This document shows, piece by piece, positions 56,427 to 61,742 of a DNA stretch of 61,742 bases. Below the pieces are notes generated by a model. The model saw only the letters and a program-made list of their open reading frames with translations, was not told the origin of the DNA and searched no databases. The first letter of the stretch is position 1, and the number at the start of each line of letters is the position of its first letter. A program made the position numbers and the translations under genes. Source of the DNA: Actinomycetota bacterium (GTDB taxonomy: Bacteria; Actinomycetota; Actinomycetes; Jiangellales; Jiangellaceae); the NCBI GenBank assembly GCA_046727475.1, contig JBKPCP010000047.1:1-61742 (forward strand), written 5' to 3'.

Positions 56427-57891
56427 TCAGTTGGTCGATGGGTCCGATCGCGAAGTAGACGACGAAGAGCAGTGCGACCACCCACAGCAGTAGGTGGACG
56501 TCGCGCGCCTTGCCACGCACCAGCTTGATGAAGACGTACGTGATGAAGCCGGCACCGATCCCCGCGGTGATCGAGTAGGTGAACGGCATGAGCACGATGG
56601 TGAGGAACGCCGGAATCGCGATCTCGACGTCGCCCCACTCGATGCCGCGCACCTGGGCCATCATCAGGAACCCGACCAGGACCAGCGCCGGTGTCGCCGC
56701 CTCGTACGGCACGATCTCGACCAAGGGTGCAAGGAAGGTCGCGAGCAGGAAGCACACGCCGGTGACGATGCTGGCCAGGCCCGTACGCGCGCCGTCGCCG
56801 ACACCCGCCGCCGACTCGATGTACGACGTGTTGCTCGAGACCGACGCCGCGCCGCCGGCCGCGGCTGCGACCGAGTCGACGATCAGGATGCGCTCGGTGC
56901 TCGGCGGGTTGCCCTCGTCGTCGAGCAGGTCGCCCTCGGCGCCGACGGCCACCATGGTGCCCATCGTGTCGAAGAAGTCGGCCAGCAGCAGGGTGAACAC
57001 GAACAGTCCCGCGGTGAGGATGCCCACGGCTTCCCACGAACCGAGCAGGCTGAACTGGCCGAGCAGCCCGAAGTCGGGGGCGTCGACAATGCGGTCGGGC
57101 AGCACCGGCACGTTCAGGCCCCAGCCCTTGGGGTTCGTGTCTCCGTTCTCGCCGACGGATGGCCCGATGTCGAACAAGGCCTCGACCAGGATGGCGAGCA
57201 CCGTCGCACCAAGGATCGTCCACAAGATCGCGCCCTTCACATTGCGCACGTACAGGAAGATCAGGGCCAGCAGGGCCAGGCAGAAGACCAGCACCGGCCA
57301 GCCGGCCAGGAAGCCGTCGATGCCCATCTCGATCGGTGGGACGGGCACCGAGGTGCTACGGATGACGCCGGCGTCCACCAGACCGATCAGCGCGATGAAC
57401 AGGCCGATGCCGACACTGATGGCGACCTTGAGCTGGGACGGGACGGCGGTGAAGACCGCGGTCCGGAGGCCCGTGAGCACCAGGACCAAGATGACCAGGC
57501 CTTCGATCACCACTAGTCCCATCGCGTCGGCCCACGTCATGCGGCTGGCGATCGCGAACGTGACGAAGGCGTTCAGACCCAGTCCGGTGGCCAGCGCGAG
57601 CGGATAGTTGGCGAACGCCCCCATGGCGATCGTCATGACGCCTGCGACCAGGGCGGTGGCGGCTGCGACCAGGGCCAGGTTGGGCGTGCCTCCGCCGCCG
57701 AGGAAGTCGCCCTCGACGTCCGGCTGCGTCCCGATGATCAACGGGTTGAGCACGATGATGTAGGCCATCGTGAAGAACGTGACCAGCCCGCCCCGGATCT
57801 CGCGGCCGATGGTCGTGCCACGCTCGCTGATCTTGAAGTATTGGTCGAAGCCGTTCGAGGGCTGCGTGTTCTTGGCGGACGTCTGCGTCAT
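56419..57891 (-). CDS. NCS2-family purine (adenine/guanine/hypoxanthine, AzgA-type) permease
   Basis: FKISERGTTIGREIRGGLVTFFTMAYIIVLNP signature. ATG at 57891 behind GGGAGCAGGA. Confidence 0.9.
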   Translation of the reverse strand: MTQTSAKNTQPSNGFDQYFKISERGTTIGREIRGGLVTFFTMAYIIVLNPLIIGTQPDVEGDFLGGGGTPNLALVAAATALVAGVMTIAMGAFANYPLALATGLGLNAFVTFAIASRMTWADAMGLVVIEGLVILVLVLTGLRTAVFTAVPSQLKVAISVGIGLFIALIGLVDAGVIRSTSVPVPPIEMGIDGFLAGWPVLVFCLALLALIFLYVRNVKGAILWTILGATVLAILVEALFDIGPSVGENGDTNPKGWGLNVPVLPDRIVDAPDFGLLGQFSLLGSWEAVGILTAGLFVFTLLLADFFDTMGTMVAVGAEGDLLDDEGNPPSTERILIVDSVAAAAGGAASVSSNTSYIESAAGVGDGARTGLASIVTGVCFLLATFLAPLVEIVPYEAATPALVLVGFLMMAQVRGIEWGDVEIAIPAFLTIVLMPFTYSITAGIGAGFITYVFIKLVRGKARDVHLLLWVVALLFVVYFAIGPIDQLIN

Positions 57892-58063
57892 TCCTGCTCC
57901 CGGAGTGGAAGTACGGCATGTCCCCGCGGCGTGAGAATGCCAGAACCGGCAGCGCACCGACAGAGGACACGGCCGAGACCGCGGAACGCCCGCCGCGGCC
58001 GCCCTCGCACAGGTTTCGGCTGACTCGCTCCGCCGACACGGCTGCCAGGTAGCCTCTTGAATC

Positions 58064-58834
58064 ATGGTGAAGCGAGGCCGCACGCCCGGGGAGTCGCCGA
58101 AGGTGGCCCCCCTCGACGTCGACGGCGTCCGAACCGTGGCGATCGGCACCGTGCTCTGGGCCGCGGCCTTCGTCCTGCTCGCGCTGCGGAAGGACAGCCT
58201 GGACGAGCAGGGCCACGGCTGGTGGCTGTGGACCTGCCTGGCGGGCGTAGGGCTGGGCCTGCTGGGCCTGGATTACACCCGCAGGCGCCGTGACGCCATT
58301 GCGTTGGCCCGGCTCGAGGAGGAGGCCGACCTTCCCGACGATGTCGAGCCGCTCGACCAGGCCGACGACCTTGGCGACGTGCAGGCGGGCGAGGAGATCG
58401 AGGCACTCGATGTGGGTCCGCCGGTACCGGCGCCGACCGGACGCCGAGCCCGCCGGGCGGCTAGGGCTTCCGGTCAACCGGTCCCGGCCCCGCGGCTCGT
58501 GGAGCCTGACGAGCCTGACCTGGCCCGTGAGGCCGACCTGGCCCGTGAGCCCGCCGTGGCCCGTGAGCCCGACGATGACCGCCTGTTGGACGTGCCGGAT
58601 CGGATCGTCGAGACGGGTGACCTGGAGCAGACTCGCGCTTGGGACTTCACCCGCCCGGGGGACGATGCCTTTGGCCTGGACGGACCGGGTGGCATGGACG
58701 AGACCGGTGACCTCGACGAGACCGGTGACCATCGCGTCGGCGGGCGGCGGGCGCGCCGGAAGGCAAAAAGAAGGAACGAGCCGTCCACGGACAGCGATTC
58801 TGGCTACCGTGGCCGCCGGGCCCGACGCCGCTGA
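58064..58834 (+). CDS. DUF2530-type membrane protein with long acidic/basic disordered tail
   Basis: GTVLWAAAFVLLAL..GWWLWTCLAGVGLGLLGL matches the DUF2530 pattern. The tail has in-frame repeats. Confidence 0.6.
   Translation: MVKRGRTPGESPKVAPLDVDGVRTVAIGTVLWAAAFVLLALRKDSLDEQGHGWWLWTCLAGVGLGLLGLDYTRRRRDAIALARLEEEADLPDDVEPLDQADDLGDVQAGEEIEALDVGPPVPAPTGRRARRAARASGQPVPAPRLVEPDEPDLAREADLAREPAVAREPDDDRLLDVPDRIVETGDLEQTRAWDFTRPGDDAFGLDGPGGMDETGDLDETGDHRVGGRRARRKAKRRNEPSTDSDSGYRGRRARRR
58517..58570 (+). repeat. 3 x 18-bp in-frame tandem repeat (DLAREA/DLAREP/AVAREP)
   Basis: GACCTGGCCCGTGAGGCC, GACCTGGCCCGTGAGCCC, GCCGTGGCCCGTGAGCCC, read directly. Confidence 0.85.
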
Positions 58835-58966
58835 GGATCCACCTCCCACGCCAGGGCTGCGCGCCGCTCGGGGGCGACGACATCACCACTGCGAGGGTGC
58901 CAGTCCCCATGTAACCGAGTCATGAGCCAATGTGCCATCAATAGCCCTTAGCAAGGGTAATGAGGT

Positions 58967-59425
58967 ATGCTAACGGCCGTGTCCCTCGCCGCACCGGTCG
59001 TCCGCCGCACCCACACGGGGTTGCCCAGCACCCTCCGACTGTCGGTGATGCGGCTGGCGAGGCGGCTGCGAGCGGAGCGGGAGGACGACTCCCTGACGCT
59101 CAGTCAGCTCGCGACGTTGGGAACTCTGAACCGCCACGGGCCGATGACGCTCGGTGCCCTCGCCGCCCACGAGCGCGTGCAGCCGCCGTCGATGACCAGG
59201 ATCGTGTCCGGGCTCGAGGAACGTGGCCTGGCGGTGCGCCAGCCGGATGCGTCCGACCGGCGTCTCGTCGTCGTACGGATCACGGCCGAGGGTGCCGCCC
59301 TGCTGGCGGCCGACCGTCGCCGGCGTGACGCCTGGCTGGCCCGCCGGCTGCGCGAGCTCACCGCGGACGAGCACGAAGCCTTGCGCCGCGCCGCTCCAGT
59401 GCTGGAGAAGTTGGCGAGGTTGTGA
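58967..59425 (+). CDS. MarR family transcriptional regulator
   Basis: LTLSQLATLGTLNRHGPMTLGALAAHERVQPPSMTRIVSGLEERGLV..DRR winged-helix pattern. Confidence 0.85.
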   Translation: MLTAVSLAAPVVRRTHTGLPSTLRLSVMRLARRLRAEREDDSLTLSQLATLGTLNRHGPMTLGALAAHERVQPPSMTRIVSGLEERGLAVRQPDASDRRLVVVRITAEGAALLAADRRRRDAWLARRLRELTADEHEALRRAAPVLEKLARL

Positions 59426-60717
59426 GCCCCACCTTCCACTCCCTGCGCAACTACCGCGAATACCGGCTGTTCTGGTCCGGCATGCTGGTGTCCAACATCG
59501 GTACCTGGATGCAGCGGGTAGCGCAGGACTGGCTCGTCCTTGTCACGCTGGGCGGAGGCCCCGCGGCGCTCGGAATCACCACCGGCCTGCAGTTCCTGCC
59601 GTTCCTGTTGGTCGCGCCGTTCGGCGGGTTGCTGGCCGACCGGTTGCCGAAGCGGCAGCTGCTGATGTTCACCAACGGATTCCTCGGCATCACCGGCGTG
59701 ACGCTCGGGGTGCTCGTCGTCACCGACCTCGCGCAGATCTGGCACGTCTACGTCCTGGCATTCCTGCTGGGCGTCGGCACTGCCCTGGACCACCCGGCCC
59801 GCAACACCTTCGCAGCGGAGCTGGTCGAACCCGACGACCTGGCCAACGCGGTCGGGCTCAACAGCGCGTCGTTCAACGCCGCTCGGCTCATCGGACCGGG
59901 CGTCGCCGGCCTGCTCATCGCGGCTTTCGACACCGGACCGGTCTTCCTGCTGAACGCGCTGACCTTCTCCGCTCCGATCGCAATGCTGTTGATCATCGGT
60001 AAGCACGTGATCAAGGAACCGCGTGCGGTGCCCCGCAGCGAACGTCGCCTCGTCGACGGGGTGCGCTACCTCCGACGCCGGCCCGATCTGGTCATGGTCA
60101 TGGCGATCATGTTCTTCGTCGGAACGTTCGGCATGAACTTCCAGATGACCATGGCGCTGATGGCGACCGGCGCGTTCGACAAGGGGCCGAGCGAGTACGG
60201 CGTCCTCGGGTCGATCATGGCGATCGGCTCGCTCACCGGCTCCCTGCTCGCCGCCCGTCGGGCTGCGCCGCGACGCCGGGTGATCGTCGGCGTAGCACTC
60301 GTGTTCGCCCTGATGGAGGTGCTGGCGGCGCTCAGCCCGGCGTACTGGATCTTCGCGCTTGCGCTGATCCCGCTCGGTATGGCGGCCCTGACGATCATCA
60401 CGACCGCGAACGCGTACATGCAGACGTCGGTAGACCCACAGGTCCGGGGGCGGGTCATGGCCCTGTACCTCATGGTCTTCATGGGCGGAACGCCCGTCGG
60501 CGCGCCCATCATCGGCTGGGTGGCCGATGTCCTGGGGCCGAGGTGGTCGCTCCTGGGGGGCGGACTGATGACCGGAGCGGGAACGCTGGCTGTGACTCTG
60601 CTGCTCGCCCGCCGCAACGGCATCGTCCTGCGCCCTCGGCTGCGCCCGCGACCCGGGGTCCGCATCACACTGCCGCCGCGGGACACGTCGCGCGACGCCA
60701 GGCCGCAGGCCGCCTGA
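59422..60717 (+). CDS. MFS transporter (EntS/MFS_3-like)
   Basis: YREYRLFWSGMLVSNIGTWMQRVAQDWLVL is typical. GTGA overlap with marR. Confidence 0.85.
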   Translation: MSPTFHSLRNYREYRLFWSGMLVSNIGTWMQRVAQDWLVLVTLGGGPAALGITTGLQFLPFLLVAPFGGLLADRLPKRQLLMFTNGFLGITGVTLGVLVVTDLAQIWHVYVLAFLLGVGTALDHPARNTFAAELVEPDDLANAVGLNSASFNAARLIGPGVAGLLIAAFDTGPVFLLNALTFSAPIAMLLIIGKHVIKEPRAVPRSERRLVDGVRYLRRRPDLVMVMAIMFFVGTFGMNFQMTMALMATGAFDKGPSEYGVLGSIMAIGSLTGSLLAARRAAPRRRVIVGVALVFALMEVLAALSPAYWIFALALIPLGMAALTIITTANAYMQTSVDPQVRGRVMALYLMVFMGGTPVGAPIIGWVADVLGPRWSLLGGGLMTGAGTLAVTLLLARRNGIVLRPRLRPRPGVRITLPPRDTSRDARPQAA

Positions 60718-60842
60718 ATGGGCGTGATGCCGCCCGTCGTCCCGCCCGACCCGCATGCCACAATGGGCTGAGAGCGCTCCCAGCTGACACCGTCGGCAGC
60801 CGATGTCCGAGCGTCGTGCGGAGCTTGTCGAAAGGGATCGCG

Positions 60843-61742
60843 GTGGTCGAGCCGGGGACAGCCAACGCCGCCGCTGCCGCCACGCGGCAGTTTCCGGCCG
60901 GTTTCGTCTGGGGCGCGGCCACCGCGGCCTTTCAGGTGGAGGGCTCGACGACTGCCGACGGACGCACCGACTCGATCTGGGACGTCTTCTGCCGCCGGCC
61001 GGGCGTGATCGTCGGCGGTCACACGGGCGAACCAGGAGCCGACCACTACCGGCGGATGCGAGAGGACGTCGCGCTGATGTCCGAGCTCGGATTGACGTCG
61101 TACCGGTTCTCGGTGGCTTGGCCGCGGGTGCGCCCGGACGGCGGCGCGGTCAACGAGCGCGGGCTGGACTTCTACCGGCGCCTGGTCGACGAGCTGCTCG
61201 CGGCCGGAATCGCGCCGTGGGTCACGCTGTACCACTGGGACCTCCCGCAGGCCCTGGAGGAGCAGGGCGGCTGGACCTCGCGCGACACGGCGCAGCGATT
61301 CGCCGCCTACGCCGACACTGTCCACGCCGCGCTCGGTGACCGGGTGCCGTACTGGACGACGCTGAACGAGCCCTGGTGCTCCGCGTTTCTCGGCTACGCG
61401 AGCGGCGAGCACGCCCCCGGCCGGTCCGAACCGCGGGCCGCCGTCGCCGCGGCCCATCACCTGCTGCTGGCACATGGTCTCGCGAGCGCAGCCATCCGGG
61501 CGCGCGACCCTGGTACGACCCTTGGCATCACGCTCAACCTGTCGCCGGTGCGGGCGCTGGATCCCGGCGACCCGGCTGATGTCGAGGCCGTGCGTCGTAT
61601 CGACGGTCTGCAGAACCGGCTGTTCCTGGAGGCGATCCTCCGCGGCGCGTACCCGTCCGACGTGGTGGCCGACCTGGAGCCGTACGGCCTGTCCGAGCAC
61701 CTCCACGACGGCGACCTGAAGTCGATCTCGGTGCCGCTGGAC
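60843..61742 (+). CDS. GH1 beta-glucosidase, 3'-truncated by the window end
   Basis: FPAGFVWGAATAAFQVEG, YRFSVAWPRV and TLNEPW (acid/base Glu). Open to the last base, so absent from the ORF track. Start is GTG 60843 (AAAGGGA upstream) or GTG 60816. Confidence 0.85.
   Translation, partial: MVEPGTANAAAAATRQFPAGFVWGAATAAFQVEGSTTADGRTDSIWDVFCRRPGVIVGGHTGEPGADHYRRMREDVALMSELGLTSYRFSVAWPRVRPDGGAVNERGLDFYRRLVDELLAAGIAPWVTLYHWDLPQALEEQGGWTSRDTAQRFAAYADTVHAALGDRVPYWTTLNEPWCSAFLGYASGEHAPGRSEPRAAVAAAHHLLLAHGLASAAIRARDPGTTLGITLNLSPVRALDPGDPADVEAVRRIDGLQNRLFLEAILRGAYPSDVVADLEPYGLSEHLHDGDLKSISVPLD

Noticed and set aside
57892-58063. Looked for a purine/guanine riboswitch upstream of the NCS2 purine permease.
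   Set aside because: The minus-strand leader shows none of the conserved purine-riboswitch core (no UAUA..., no loop-loop motifs). It is GC-rich with no convincing three-way junction.
58517-58570. Short tandem repeats checked as a possible CRISPR or minisatellite.
   Set aside because: The units are contiguous with no spacers. They are in frame inside a coding tail, and no cas genes are present, so this is not a CRISPR array.

Overview
This is a high-GC (about 70%) actinobacterial chromosomal segment, densely packed with about 65 protein-coding genes on both strands. I found no tRNA, rRNA, CRISPR array, transposase or integrase. Most long ORFs in the six-frame track are antisense or off-frame artefacts typical of high-GC DNA. 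Several track ORFs also start too far upstream, and I moved those starts using homology-type N-termini and Shine-Dalgarno spacing.

Recognisable content, in order:
- A DUF6325/SHOCT cluster.
- A complete arginine deiminase pathway (arcB-arcC-arcA) with an NhaC-type and a YfcC/ArcD-type transporter.
- A secreted M14 carboxypeptidase and a DUF11 repeat protein.
- An MHYT sensor protein and soxR.
- Trehalose genes otsA and otsB.
- A SAM-I riboswitch in front of a threonine-synthase-like gene plus a MoaD-like sulfur carrier, followed by csp, a DCC oxidoreductase and groEL with two CIRCE operators. As I recall, this matches Streptomyces synteny around SCO4293-4296.
- cutC.
- An XPB helicase and its large partner protein.
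- An ECF sigma factor with two ZAS-type anti-sigma paralogs.
- A HAD-LarE fusion.
- A HipA-like kinase/DUF3037 pair.
- A DUF3027 / GHKL-ATPase / GNAT operon.
- An ArsR-family repressor, a purine permease, a MarR-MFS pair and a 3'-truncated GH1 beta-glucosidase.

The most interesting signal is an unannotated 21-codon, 6-cysteine micro-ORF (55379..55444, minus strand). It has a perfect SD and its own terminator hairpin, and it is divergent from a thiophilic ArsR/SmtB regulator across three copies of an ATCGAC-N4-GTCGAT palindrome.

Other points worth follow-up:
- The riboswitch-controlled ThrC-like/MoaD-like pair.
- The coupled HipA-like/DUF3037 module.
- The duplicated ZAS proteins around an MFS gene.
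- A low-GC island with a near-consensus promoter and a long structured leader upstream of the carboxypeptidase.
- A SoxR-box-like site with a 6-bp central insertion.
- A perfect 26-bp tandem duplication.
- A hidden 58-codon membrane ORF inside the ADI cluster.

All functional calls come from motif recognition by eye. No searches were run.
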